Shown here: one piece after another, positions 24,790 through 38,697 of the stretch | How positions within the stretch are numbered: position 1 is the stretch's first letter | Layout of the letters: each line of letters opens with the position of its first letter | Assembly: GCF_006345805.1 (NCBI RefSeq) | Contig: NC_043001.1 | Coordinates: forward strand, 38,750,001-38,814,000 | DNA: 64,000 bases | Direction: 5' to 3' | Source of the DNA: Octopus sinensis | Lineage: Eukaryota | Translations under genes and position numbers: made by a program | Notes under the pieces: model-generated | Told to the model about the DNA's origin: nothing | The model's input: the letters and a program-made list of their open reading frames with translations, nothing else | Database searches by the model: none

Positions 24790-27700
24790 GTAGAAGCCAA
24801 GAAGATGTTCAGATAAACAACTTTGTCTTCCAACGGACCACACATCTAAAACCTCTTTTTCAGTGCAAATTATAATTACTTCATTATTTCATTATCTATG
24901 CATATAAACACGGTTTAGTCTTCCACACCATATGTTAGAAAAAACTAAAGATCCCTACATTCAATCCAATTCTCCTTCTCTTTCATGCTCATTTATTATT
25001 GTTTTTCATTCATGTATCTAATTTTGTCACAGTTTGGCTGACCAAAACCTGTTTGTTATAGCTCTAGTTAAAAATGCAAATGTCCAATTCTATCTTCTTC
25101 TTATTATTATCATCATCAATCTTTCACACCAACAGCCAAAGTGTTTGTTGCTTCGCAGTTTGTTATGATGGCAAGTTAAATCCATTCCATTTGATCAATT
25201 ATATTACTCTAAATTCCCAAAATTCCATCTTGTCATGTTCTGTCTTCGCCCAGCCTAACTATGGACTCTCTCTCTCTCTCCCTCTCTCTCTCAGTTCCGT
25301 TAACCACTTGCTTCTCCCAACATGACATTACCTCCACTCTATCCACTCCACCCTATATAAAGTAGCTCCATTCAGATTCTGATGCCTCACATTTTAATAT
25401 CTTGCCACACAAAGTAGAATCCAAGAAAACGCTCAGATAAGCAACTCTGTTTTCCAACCTAAAACACATCTAAAACCCCCTTTTTTTAGCGCAAATTATA
25501 ATTACTTTGTTATTTCATTATCTATCTATGTAAACACAGTTTCTTCTTCCATATCATATGCTAGTGAAAACTTAAGATCCCTATGTTCAATGCAATTCTT
25601 CCTCTTTCTCTCTTCTCCTTTTCTTTCATGCTCATTTGTTATTGTTATTATTATGGAGATTTTAATGGGCATGTTGGGCGGGAATCAGGTATCTTCACTG
25701 GTGTACACAGGGGCCATGGTATTGGTTCCCGAAACAATGAGGGAACTAGGCTACTGGAGTTCTGTGATGCATGTATCCTTTTAATCTGCAACACTAACTT
25801 CAGCAAACCAGACAGCCACCTGATAACCTATCAATCAGGTGACTCTGCTAGCCAGATTGTTTTCATCCTCACCAGACTGTGGGACGCAGGGTTGCTCTTA
25901 AATACAAAGATCCTCCCAGGTGAAGAATGTACACCCCAGCATAGGTTAATCATTAGTAACTTTAGGCTCGAGGCCAGAAGGATACCAAGAAGCAGACCAA
26001 TCTAAAAAAGAAGGATTTGGAAGCTAAAGAACCCTTCAAATGGTCAGAGATTTAGGGATATCCTTATCAAGAAATTTGATGAGAGGGGAAGAGGAACTAC
26101 AGTCCTAAAGAGAAGGTAGCTGGAAATTCCTACAGCACAGCGTGCTGAGTGCCACAGACCAAGTCTGCGGATGGTGCAAAGTCCCTTCCAGACCTAGAGT
26201 TACATGCTGATGGAATAGTACGGAAGACAAAGCCATTACACTAAAGAAACAGGCCTGGAAAGCCCGGGAGGGTGTGTGTAGCAGGGAACTGTACCAGGTA
26301 GCCAAAAGGGAGGCTGGGTGGTAGGTATGCATAGCCAAGGGCGAAGCAGAAAAGAAGTTTGTGAATGTCCAGCAATGTGAGGACCAAAGAACTGAGGTAT
26401 TTAAGATTGCAAAACAGTGTGTGAAAGAAAATTGTGATGTCACAGGAGCGAAATGTGTCTGCATGGAAGATGGTGCACTTGCTTTTAATGATTCGGAAAA
26501 GAAAGAGGCTTGGAGAAGCCATTATGAAAGTCTGCTGAATGTGGAGAATGAATGGGGGGAGGAGAGCCTGCCAAATGTTGACCCAGTAGAGGGACCAGCT
26601 ACCCGAATAGACAGCTCCCATGTAGTTAAGGCAATTAAGGATATGAAACCAGGTAAAGCCCCCGGCCCATCAGGAATCACTGCTGAGATGCTTAAAACAG
26701 CTGGCTATGTGGGCTATGGCCTAGTCACCCGCATTGTAAACCAGATAGTTCATAATGGAGTCATACCTAATGACTGGCGTAGCAGCACCATAGTCAACTG
26801 CTACAAGGGTAAGGGTGATGCTCTAGATAGAAATAACTACAGAGGTATCAAACTGCTGGATCAGGGGATGAAGGTCATGAAGAGGGTCATAGCCCATCTC
26901 ATTAGGGAGAGAGTCTGCTTAGATGAGATGCAGTTCGGTTTTGTTCTGGGTAAAAGAACCACTGATGCCATATTCCTGGTTTGACAACTGCAGGAGAAAT
27001 ACCTAGCTAAAGATAAACCCCTGTACTTAGCTTTTGTGGACTTGGAGAAAGCCTTTGACAGGGTTCCCCGATCCCTTATCTGGTGGGCGATGTGGAAATT
27101 GGAGATTGACGAATGGTTAATAAGAGTTGTACAGGCCCTATACCGAGAGGCCCTGAGTAAGGGGAGAGAGTCTGATTAGATGAGATGCAGTTCGGTTTTG
27201 TGCCAGGTAGAAGCACCACTGATGCCATATTCCTGGTTTGACAACTGCATAAGAAATACCTAGGTAAAGATAAACCCATATACTTAGCATTTGTGGACTT
27301 GGAGAAAGCCTTTGACAGGGTCCCTCAATCCCCTATTTGGTGGGTGATGTGGTAACTGGGGACTGACAAATGGTTAATAAGGGCTGTACAGGCCCTATAC
27401 AGACAGGTTGTTAGTATTGGTAGGATTGGCAATTAGTGAAGAATTCTGGGTAGAAGTAGGAGACCATCAAGGTTCAGCCCTCAGTCCCCTTTTATTCATC
27501 ATAGTCCTCTAGGCAATAGCAGGGAAATTCAAGATGGGTTGCCTTTGGGAGCTCCTCTATGCTGATGACCTGGCCCTCATAGCAGAATTACTACCAGAAC
27601 TAGAAAATAAATTTTGGGTGTGGAAGTAAGGTTTAGAATCAAAAGGCCTTAGAGTCAATGTAGCAAAGACCAAAGTTCTAGTAAGTAGGAAGGCAAACAC

Positions 27701-29130
27701 ATCACACACCGCCTCAGGTGGCCCTGCTCGATCTGTAGAAAAGATGTAGGTAGAAACTCTATAGGATGTACCCAGTGTAAGCTATGGACACATAAGAGGT
27801 GCAGTAAGATTAACTGAGAAGATAGCTTTCGTGTGCGGCAAATGCACAGTGGCAATAAACACCACAGATGCTCAGTAAAGAGATTCCATCACACTCCAGG
27901 GGGAGAAACTAGACGTAGTTGATAGCTTCCACTACCTAGGTGATCAAGTCTGTAGTGGGGAGGGAGGTGGGTGCTCAGAGAGTGTTACCACTAGAATAAA
28001 AATATGCTGGCCAAAGTTAAGAAAGCTTCTACCCCTACTTGTGACAAAGGGCCTCTCACTCAGAGTGAAAGATAGATTGTACGATGCATGTGTACAAACA
28101 GCCATGCTTCACAGCAGTGAAACAAGGGCTGTGACTGCGGAGGACATGTGTAGGCTTGAGAGAAACAAAGCTACCATGATCCACTGGATGCGTAATGTCA
28201 GTGTGCACACACGACAGAGTGTAAGCGCCCCGAGAGAAATGTTGGACATAAGAAGCATTGGTTGTGGCATACAAGAGAGACGTTTGCACTGGTATGGTCA
28301 TGTACTACAGATAGATGAGGAGTGATGTGTGAAGAAGTGCCACTTCCAAACATTTGAAGGAATCCAGGGTAGAGGTAGATTGAGGAAGACATGGAATGAG
28401 GTGTTCAAGCATGACCTATGATTGTTGGGCCTCACAGAGGCAATGATGAAAGACCGAGATCTCTGGAGGTATGCTCTGACTGTGAAGACCTGGCAAATAA
28501 AGTGAGTTCACGGCTGTATCCTACATCAGTTTCGCATAACCAGCCCCAGCCCATTCAAAAGTACCTTGGATCGTAGGGTGACCTGCTGTGCTGGAGGATT
28601 ATATCAACATCAAAATGAAAATCAAATGGAAATTGTAGTTGTGATACCCATGCTGGTGGCACATAAAAAGGACCATCTGAAAGTGGCCGATGCCAGCGCA
28701 GCCTTGACTAGCACCAACTGATGTAAAAAGCACCAACCGATTGTAGCCATTGTCAGCTTCCTCTGGCCCCTGTGCCGGTGACATGTAAAATTTACCCACT
28801 ACACTCACGGAGTTGTTGGCATTAGGAAGGGCATCCAGCTGTAGAAACACTGCCAGATCAGACTGGAGCATGGTGCAGCCTCCTGGCTTCCCAGACCCTG
28901 ATCGAACCATCCAACCCATGCTAGCATAGAAAAACGGACATTAAACAATGATGATGATGATGATTCATTTATCTAATTTCATCACAGTTTCACTGACTGA
29001 AACCTGTTAGTTATAGCTCTTGTTAAGAATGCAAATGTCCAATTCCATCTCATTATTTTTATTAGTATTATTTTTATTATCATTGTTTTCATTATTATTA
29101 TTCTTTCACACCGGCAGCCAGAGTGTTTGC
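24790..29130. repeat. Diverged ~620-bp-period tandem duplication; second unit interrupted by an RTE LINE
   Basis: ACAAAGTAGAA(G/T)CCAAGAA...CACATCTAAAACC...GCAAATTATAATTAC at ~24786 and ~25409; unit 2 continues at ~28965 (ATTCATTTATCTAATT...AATGCAAATGTCCAATTC). Confidence 0.8.
25645..28964 (+). mobile_element. Near-complete but stop-riddled RTE LINE (EN through tail)
   Basis: GDFNGHVG...RLLEFCDA (25583-26005), ORF 26361-26984 (GKAPGPSGITAEMLK...QFGF), RT, PHD-like Cys cluster, (GAT)n tail. Confidence 0.95.
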
Positions 29131-29329
29131 TGTTTCAAGCTGTGACTGCCCATCCCACTCCACCACCTATACTGGAAGTATTTGTCCTCTGACCTCTATC
29201 GGATGTCTTTCCCCTGAACACCTCCAATGGCCTAAATGCTACCCCATCTCTACTTAGTGTTTAACTCCTATGAAATGTAGTGATTATGTAGGACATAAAA
29301 TGATGGTGTAGTGTATGCATGTTGAAGGC

Positions 29330-32300
29330 TATTGAATGTTTATGAGTTCTGCCAAATGCGAGCTTTCTATTCAGGCCCATACCTTCCACAACCTCAGAGT
29401 TGGTACACTTAATATTGGCACATTGAAAGGTAGGGCTGGTGAGATTGTTGAAATGCTTGAATGGAGATGTGTAGATTTGTGCTGCATCCAAGTAGTAAGG
29501 TGGAGAGGAAGTTCTGCTAGGTTCCTCACAGGCAAAGAATACAGGTATAAGATTTTCTGGGCTGGGAACACTGATGGGGTCAGGGGTGTGGGTATACTTC
29601 TTGCGGACACATGAGTTGATAAGGTAATCAAGGTAGTCAGAGTCTATGACAGAATACTTAAGCTTAGATTAGTACCGCAACATGGATTAGCAACCATTAT
29701 CTTGACTTATGCCCCTCAGCTAGGGCTACCTGATGAACAGAAAGATCGATTTTATGATGCCCTCTTACAGACTACCATATCGACAAATGAAAAGGACCTT
29801 CTCTTTGTGGCTGGCGACTTCAATGGGCATGTTGGACAACATCCAGGGGACTTCCATGGTGTGCATGGTGGCTACGGTGGGAACCAGGCTGCTGGAATTC
29901 TGTGATGCAAATGATCTCATGGTTTGTAATACTAACTTCAGGAAACCTGCTAGTCACCTATTCACCTACAAGTCTAGTGGACACACTAGTCAAACTGACT
30001 ACATCCTCACCATGAAACATGAAAGAATGCACCCCACAACATAGGTTAGTAGTTAGTGACTTCAGGACCAGGGCTGAATGGATGCCCAGAAGACAACCAG
30101 CATAGAAAAGAAGGGTCTGGAAGCTTAAGGATCCTCTGAATGGACAGAGAATAAAGGAAGTATTACTTGAATCTTTTAACAAAATAAAGGAAGATATAGC
30201 ATATATAGCATCACCTAATGTGGAAGGCAACTGGAGGTTCCTGCAGGACAACCTGTTGAGGCTACTGACCTGATCTGTGTTTAGTGCAGTGTCCCCTCTC
30301 AACCTAAGGTAACGTGGTGGTGGAACAATGTAGATGACAGGGCCATTAGACAAGAGAAACAGGCATGGAAAGACTGGAAGAATGGTGCCAGCAGGAAACT
30401 GTATCAGATTGTCAGAAGGGAAGCAGAAAAGAAAAAATTTGCCAATGTTCTGTGCCACAAGGACCAAAGACTTGAAGTGTTTCGTGTTGCTTGACTGTGT
30501 GTGAAAGAGAATCATAATATCATAGGAGAGAAATGTGTCCACATGGAGACAACACTATGAAAGGTTGCTAAATGAAGAGAATGAATGGGAGAAAGACAGT
30601 CTGCTAAATGTCAACCCAACAAATGGACCAGATATCCAAATTGACAGTGTTTTGGTAGATAAAGGTATGAAAACAAGGAAAGCCCTTGGCCTATTAACAA
30701 TAACCGGAGAGATGCTTAAAATATCTGGTGGTGTCAGCTATAGTCTAGTCACCCATATAGTCAATCAGGTGATACATGAAGGAGTCATATCCAATGACTT
30801 GGTGTAGCAGCACCATAGTCAACTGCTACAAAGATAAAGGTGACGCTTTAGATACAAATAATTATCAACTTGTTTGATCAGGTATCAACTTGTTTGATCA
30901 GGTAATGAAGGTCACGGAGAGGGTCATAGCCCAACTAATTAGGGAGAGAGTCAGTTTAGATGAGATGCAGTTTGGGTGTGTGCCAAGGAAAAGCACCACT
31001 GATGCTATATCTCTGGTAAGACAGCTACAGGAGAAATTCTTAACCAAAGATAAACCTCTGTACTTGGCTTTCATTGACAAGGAGAAAGCCTTTGACAGGG
31101 TCCCCCAATCCCCTATCTGGTGGTCAATGTGGAAACTAGGGATAGATGAGTGGTTAGTGAGAGCTGTACAAGCCATGTACAGGGATGTTGTCAGTAAGGT
31201 GAGGATTAGTAATGAGTATAGTGAAGAATTCTGGGTAAGGGAGGGGTCCATCAAGGATCAGTCCTCAGCCCCTGCTTATGGATCATAATCCACCAGGCAA
31301 TAAAAGAGGAATTCAAGACAGGATGCCCTGAGAGCTCCCCTATGCTGATGACCTTGCTCTAATAGCTGAGTCACTATCAGAACTAGGAGAAATATCAGGT
31401 GTGGAAGTAAGGCCTAGAGTTGAAGGGCTTTAGAGTCACTCTAGCAAAAACTAAAGAGGAAGGTAGACAAATCACAAATCCCTTGAGGTAGATGGCCCTG
31501 CTCGATCTGTAGAAAAGGCATACGTAGAAACTCCATAAGATGTACCTGGTGTAAGCTATTGACACATAAGAGATGGAGCAATATCAAACAAAGGCTATCT
31601 AGGAAGATAGTTTTTGTCTGTGGCAAATGCACTGCGGCAACAAACACAGAAAATGTGTAGAAAACATCTTTCATCACATGCCAGGGGGAAAACTAGAAAT
31701 AGTTGACAGCTTTCATTACCCAAGTAACCAAGTCAGTCACAGAGTTGGATGCTCTGAAAGTGTAGCTGCTAGAATAAGAATAACCAAGGCAAAGTTCAGA
31801 GAGCTCCTACCTCTGCTGGTAACAAAGGGCCTCTCGCATGATGCATGTGTGCTAACAGACATGCTACATGGCAGTAAGACATGGTCTGTGATTCCTGAGG
31901 ACATGCATAAGCTTGCAAGAAATGGAGCTTGTATGTTCCGCTGGATGTGTAATGTCTGTGCATACACGATGGAGTGTAAGCACCCTGAGAAAGAACTTAG
32001 ACTTAAGGAGCATCAGATGTGCTGTACAAGAGAGATGACTGTGCTGGTATGGTCATGTGTTACATATGTATGAGGACAGTCGTGAAAAAGTGTTACCCCC
32101 TAACAGTTGAGGGAAGTCGTGGAAGAGGTAAACCCAGGAAGACCTGGGATGAGGTAGTGAAGCACAACCTTCAAACATTGGGCCTCATGGAATCAATGGC
32201 AAGTGACCAAGACCTTTGGAGATATGCAGTGTTTGAGAAGACCTGGCAAGCCAAGTGAGACCATATGCCAGAGTAGCATAACCAACCCACTGGGCAATAA

Positions 32301-32853
32301 ACTGTGCTTGAGAAGACCTGTTGAGTCAAGTGAAATCATTGTCATGGCTGATGCCAGTGCTGCCTGATTGGCACCCATGCCGGTGGCACATGAAAATCAC
32401 CATTTGAGCATGGTTGATGTCAGTCCCACTGGACTAGCTCCCATGCCAGTGACATGTAAAATGTACCATACAACTGTGGTTGATACCAGTGCCAGCTGAC
32501 TGGTTCCATGCCTGCAGCACCTAAAAAGCGCCATGCAAGTATGGTCATTACCAGTGCTACCTGGCTGGTTCTTGTGCTGGTAGCACATAAAAAGTACCAT
32601 TCAAGCATGGTCATTGCCAGAGCTGCCTGACTGGCTCTGGTGCTGGTGGCATGTAAAAAGCACCTACTACAATCTCGGAGTGGTTGGTGTTAGGAAGGGC
32701 ATCCAACTGTAGAAACCTTGCCAGATCAGATTGGAGCATGGTGCAGCCTTCTGGCTTGCCAGTCCTCAGTCAAACCGTCCAACTCATGCCAGCAAGGAAA
32801 GTGAACACTAAATGATGATGATGATGAGGAGGAGGAGGATGATGATGATGATG
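29330..32853 (+). mobile_element. Near-full-length degenerate RTE LINE
   Basis: EN start LRVGTLNIGTLKGRAGEIVEMLE (29336-29614), GDFNGHVG, RT ORF 30890-31288, tandem 3'UTR units, (GAT/GAG)n tail. Confidence 0.95.
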
Positions 32854-34254
32854 CACACATTGAAATTGAAAACTCCATTGACATTGGAATTCAATATCTA
32901 CAGGTAAGTTACAAATCAGTCTTAACAACGAGAGCCAAGGCTACTCACTATACAATGGTATTACAGATGGCTAACAGCTGTGGCAAAGTAGGAAATAGAA
33001 CCACTAATATAAACCAGTCTAGAAGACACTTGCCCAAGGTATAGTGCAGTCAGGCTGTACTTGAAATCATATGTTTGGGAAGCAAACGTCTTAACCATAC
33101 ATTTTGTAGAAAATCCTAGTTATCATCTGTGCTATAGGTGCCTAAATCATTCTCCTTACAACCATATGCACCAGTTAAAATTTCCCTAGACTTATTCCCA
33201 ATTATGGGATCTTTTTGTTTCCATATTTTCTTTCTCCAAGTCATATTTCATTCCTGTGTCTGCTTAGCTCCAACTGTTGTGTTATTGGCCACCAATCTAT
33301 GTTGTATAGTGCACTAGCAAATCAAACCTTCTGTTTGGTTTGTTAGTAAAAATGTTATTTATTTGACTACTTATGTGTTCACCAGATTAGTATGTGTTTG
33401 ATAATTTGCATCACAGGATTCTAGGAGCATTACACCCTCCCCATTTCTTAAATCACAACCAGAACCTTCACTAACACCATGGAAAACACCATCTTGTTGG
33501 CCAACATATTAAATGAAGTTGCCAGCCACAATAATGAAAATACTATCAATCATTGTTGAGTCTATAGAAAGAACTCATAGAAGTATGGAGAGAGTGGGGA
33601 AATATTGCTTTTACACACAAGTGATGGTGAGTGAAAGACATTAAAGAAGACAATGTAACCTGAGGTAGAAAGAGAATAGAAAAAGAAAAATGACAAAATA
33701 TATAGATATATATATATATATGTAGTATCAAAAGTTTCTGCAGAAAGACAATAGAAAGAACAACATTCTATAGAGTCAATAGAGCTGAATGTTATTAATA
33801 ATATAGTCTACTGGCTCAGTTAGGTTACCCCTAGGTTACAAAATCTACATCTGTAGACAATTACTTAATGCTTATATTTCCTACGTATTTCTCATCAGGC
33901 CCAAATAAAATGATGGAGTTAACTTGCGATAACATGATTCAAAGAGACTGAATTGATTAGAGGTTATAACACTTTATCATTGATAAGTAACAATCAGAAG
34001 GACATGAAATACAGCACCATGAAATTTTTATATGTAAAATATGATTATGTAATCTTCCAGAACTGATATTACAAAAGTATAATCTAATTTATGTCTATTT
34101 TTCTTTCAATTTTACTCTAGCACAAAGAAGTTATCTAAAACAACTGAAACCAGTACATACTTACCTTCTATTTCTTATTTTTTCAATATATATTTATTTG
34201 TGTGCAACCTCTTAACTTTTTACAAACAAGTTTTATATATATATATACTATATG

Positions 34255-35018
34255 CTGTGACTTCGAAGAGCTGACAAATGAAGTGAGTTCATGGCTTGCA
34301 GGATGGCCTGCTGCGCTTGAGGAGACCTATTGTGTCAAGTTCATCAACATCAAAATAAAAATCGTATTCATATTGTAGTTGTGATACCCATGCCGGTGGC
34401 ACGTAGGGCCTCACAGAGGAAATGACGAAGACCGAGACCCCTGAGATATGCTGTGACTGTGAAGACACAACAAATGAAGTGAGTTCATGGCTCGTAGGAT
34501 GGCCTACTGTGCTAACCTTGGATCATAGAGTAACCTGCTGCTCTTCAGGAGACCTATTGAGTCAAGTACGTCAACATCAAATTAAAAATCAAATGGAAAT
34601 TGTAGTTAAGACACCAGTGCCGGTGACACATAAAAAGTACCATCTGAACATGGCAGATGCCAGATAAAAATCAAATGGAAATTGTAGTTCAGACACCCGT
34701 GCTGGTGATACGTAAAAAGCACCGTCCGAATGTGGCAGATGCCAGCGCCGCCTGACTGGTTTCCGTGTCGGTGACATGTAAAAGCACCAACCGATTGTGG
34801 CCGTTTAACAGCCTGCTCTGGCCTCTGTGCCAGTGGCACGTAAAAAACACCCACTACACTCACGGAGTGGTTGGCATTAGGAAGGGCATCCAGCTGTAGA
34901 AACACTGCCAAATCAGACTAAAGCCTGGTGCAGCCTCCATGGCTTACCAGACCCCAGTCGAACCGTCCAACCTATGCTAGCATGGAAAACGGACGTTAAA
35001 TGATGATGACGATGATGA
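34255..35018 (+). mobile_element. RTE LINE 3'UTR and tail (with partial internal duplication)
   Basis: ACAAATGAAGTGAGTTCATGGCT occurs twice (~34272 and ~34470); standard 3' end and (GAT)n tail at 35000-35018. Confidence 0.85.
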
Positions 35019-35306
35019 CTAGCTGAATATCCTGTTATTGCGGACCAATTTTTACAATAGAATGTCTTGATGGACTTTTGGAATAGCACATCCACATAAA
35101 TCGATTTTTTACATTTTTCAACTTTTTGTCCTCACATCCTGCAAACAGAGGTGGAAGGGCTTTTGATGATAAAAAAAGTTCTGAAAATGTATGAATTTTT
35201 TTACAACCCCCACACAGCACTGATTTGGCCAATTCTTTTTTGCACTACACACTGGGAGTAGCCTGGAAGTTAAAAATAAATTGGAGCTCACTATTTTTAT
35301 ATATAG
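35019..35306 (-). mobile_element. Short non-autonomous Helitron-like element
   Basis: 3' end ...CAGCTAG|T on minus at 35019; 5' end CTATATATAAAAA-like at 35306; no TSD or TIR. Confidence 0.45.
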
Positions 35307-35854
35307 TGAGAAAGAAAGTTGTGAATATATATAGACAGGGGAAAAGTTTACCATGTGACAAGCAAGAAATCAAAGAGATAGACAAATAGAGAGATCTTTT
35401 CTGTAGCTGTTAGATTTTGAACTTGGTGAAAATTTTAAAAATTGGTATATTGATGTACTTTTTCACATTGAAACCAAGTTTGCGATTCATTTATTCTAGA
35501 AAAATGATACACTGGTTTAAAGTTTGATCATTTTTACCCAATTAGAAAACAGGATTTGTATGTGATAGCTAATGATAAAATGGAAGTGATGCAAGAGAAA
35601 TAATACATAAAATAGTGGACAAAGCATTACATCGAGGATGTCTGAACAAAGCTAAACTTCTCTCAAAACCAAATATATACAACTAAAGAGGGAGAGGGAG
35701 AGAGAGAGAGAGACAATTAGACAGAGAAAGTGAGTAGGAGACAGAGAAAAGGAGAGAACAAGGAGAGAAAACTCAAAAAAAGGAAAATAAAATGACAAGA
35801 TGCATGCAAGCAAATTGATAGACAAAGCCACATATAGATTCACACACATATATA

Positions 35855-36280
35855 GGCATAGGAGTGGCTGTGTGGTAAGTAACTTGCTTACGAACCACAT
35901 GGTTCCGTGTTCAGTCCCACTGTGTGGCACTTTGGGCAAATGTCTTCTACTATAGCCTTGGGCTGACCAAAGTCTTGTGAGTGGATTTGGTAGACGGAAA
36001 CTGAAAGAAGCCCGTCGTATATATGTGTATATATATACATATATATATATTTATATGTGTGTATATGTGTGTCTATACGTTTGTCTGTCTGGGTTTGTTC
36101 CCCTAACATCGCTTGACAACCGATACTGGTGTGTTTACATCCCCTTAACTTAGTGGTTTGGCAAAAGAGACCAATAGAATAAGTACTAGGCTTACAAAGA
36201 ATAAGTCCTGGGGTCGATTTGCTTGACTAAAGGCGGTGCTCCAGCATGGCCACAGTCAAATGACTGAAACAAGTAAAAGA
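35855..36280 (+). mobile_element. Full-length tRNA-derived SINE with internal (AT/GT) microsatellite
   Basis: A-box-like TGGCTGTGTGGTAAG, B-box-like GGTTCCGTGTTCAGTCCC, body CACTTTGGGCAAATGTCTTCTACTATAGC, 3' end GCTCCAGCATGGCCACAGTCAAATGACTGAAACAAGTAAAAGA. Confidence 0.85.
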
Positions 36281-36360
36281 TAGTATACATAAAATATATA
36301 ACACACCTGTATACATGCATGCACACACACATGTTTTTATATGATAAATATGCTGCATAA

Positions 36361-36582
36361 CCCTTTGGTGTTTAAGCCGGCCATATCCGGCCCAAATATC
36401 CTACATGTTTTTACATTCAAACTGGCCATATTTAGCCTCTCACACCTAACCTACATTGACATTCTAAGAATAAACTATCATACCATTGAAACTTCAAAGC
36501 TATAAGATAATGTATGATTAATTCAAAACGATTTGAGTGAAAAAAGTCTTACATTTAACAGAGTAATTTGAACACTAAAGGG
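36361..36582. mobile_element. 222-bp piggyBac-type MITE
   Basis: (A)TAA|CCCTTTGGTGTTTAA ... TTGAACACTAAAGGG|TTAA; both halves align with the termini of the 18736-22388 piggyBac. Confidence 0.9.
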
Positions 36583-36609
36583 TTAATGTGTACGTGTGTA
36601 TAAATGTTG

Positions 36610-36613
<4 letters not shown>

Positions 36614-36657
<44 letters not shown>
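36614..36657. repeat. (AAT)n microsatellite
   Basis: About 14 perfect units. Confidence 0.95.
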
Positions 36658-36658
<1 letters not shown>

Positions 36659-38389
36659 TAAAATTGTAAGCAACATGGGTGTACTATTTTATTCTCTGCG
36701 TATGTTTTCTGGACATAGCAGCCATTAACATATTTAAGGAATAGTTTTCATAAATATCACTCAGCTTGGCTGTCTACTTGTTCATGGGACTACATCTAAG
36801 TATTAATCTATTTTATACAAATGTAACTTGATCAATCAATGCTTACAATTCTCCTCTCCCATCAACATCCCATCCCCTTTTAAAACTTATTGTACACTCT
36901 ATCCTCATTGTTTATAGGCTTATATGATAAATATGCCATTTAGAATGCACTATTGTATTAAAACTATTGTATTAATAATAATAATGATTAAATTCTAAAA
37001 CTTTATTATAAGTCTGATTAACAGTAAATAATTAAAACTGTAAGTAACATGGGGTAACTATGGTTTTCTCTGCATAGGTTTCTGGGCTTAGCATCCATTT
37101 TTGCAAACCAATTCTGCCTGCTCACCCACCTTCACCCTTTCAATCTGAAAGTACAGGACTTGCTTTCCTAGCTGCTTGTACTCCTCCTGTTCTGTGAGCA
37201 GAGGTTCTTTGTACCCACATACTTGTGTGCATGTGCCTGTTAGAGAACCACATACATGTAATTATGCACTTATGTGGATTCCATATATATGCATATGTGT
37301 ATGTAATTGTATGTGCTTGTCGGTATATATCTATATATATATATATATTTATATCTAAGTGTACGCTTATGCAGACTTCATGTGCATATATGTATATATA
37401 TATAGTTTAGAGGATAGAGAAAGGTGTTCTCTATATAGAATAAACTTCGAAGTGCTCAAGAAATTTGAACTTGAGCTGGTAGATGAGTAAATATAATGAT
37501 AACCATATTAGGCAAGTTGATTTACACAGAATATTAAATACATTCAGTAGGAAAAATATACGTGTGTATAGATATAAAATAAGTCTGACATATAGAATAT
37601 AAATGATATCAGGAGTTAAATGGGTAGAGTTTTTTGAGTTCAACAGCTGTTTCTGGGAGTTTTATAGTCTGGAATAATGGTGGTTATTTGGAACCATTAT
37701 CGAATAACATTGCCTTTGTCTTCAGGGGAGAGTTTTACACTGGAGAATTTTACATTTGAGCTGTTGACAGGATAGAGTTTGAAGATGCAATTCCATCTTC
37801 AAATACCGATAAAATATCTTAAATCAACTTGTCTAATTTGCTTGTCATTATATTTATATGTATATATATTTTTTTTTTTTACTTAAAAGGCAGCAACATG
37901 TGCTCTCTCATTCATTCACCTAGCAGCTATAATCCCGAGCACAGATAAGTTTGAATGCTTATTTTCACTTCTCGACCAATCATACATGTTTTTTATCTGT
38001 TGTTATTTATCTATCTAACTATTTTATCTAATTTCTCCATTTCTCCTCTACTAATTCTGCCTGACCAAGTCTCGCTCTCTTGTCTATATCAACCTTCGCG
38101 TATTCGCGGTGCACCCACCCTGCCCACCCCCACCACCAATACCGGATATCTCTATATTTTTGCTCCATCTATACCGGATGTCGCTTCTCCCACCACCATT
38201 ATAGGTGTCTACTCTTCGAACCCCCCTCCTCAATACACCATACATTTCACCATACATTACCCCTCTCTACGTTCTACTTGCCTAGAACCTGTCATCATTT
38301 CTCTGAACCACCCCTCCCCACTGGTGCTCCCCTATATTTCTGCACCCCCCCACTGGTGCTCCCCTATATTTCTGCACCCCCCACCACAT

Positions 38390-38688
38390 AAAAAGCACCA
38401 TCCGAACGTGACCGATGCCAGCACCGCCCCGACTGGCTTCTGTGCAGGTGGCACATAAAAAGCACCAACCGACCGTGGCCGATGCCAGACCCCTCTGGCA
38501 CCTGTGCAGGTGGCACGTAAAAAGCACCCACTACACTCGCGGAGTGGTTGGCGTTAGGAAGGGCATCCAGCTGTAGAAACACTGCCAGACCAGACTGGAG
38601 CAGCCCCTGGCTCCCCAGACCCCGGTCGAAACCGTCCAACCCGTGCTAGCGTGGAAAACGGACGTTAAACAATGATGATGGTGATGAT
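38390..38688 (+). mobile_element. Relatively young RTE 3' end
   Basis: CpG-retaining 3'UTR units and canonical ...GGAAAACGGACGTTAAACAATGATGATG tail. Confidence 0.85.
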
Positions 38689-38697
38689 ATCTATATA

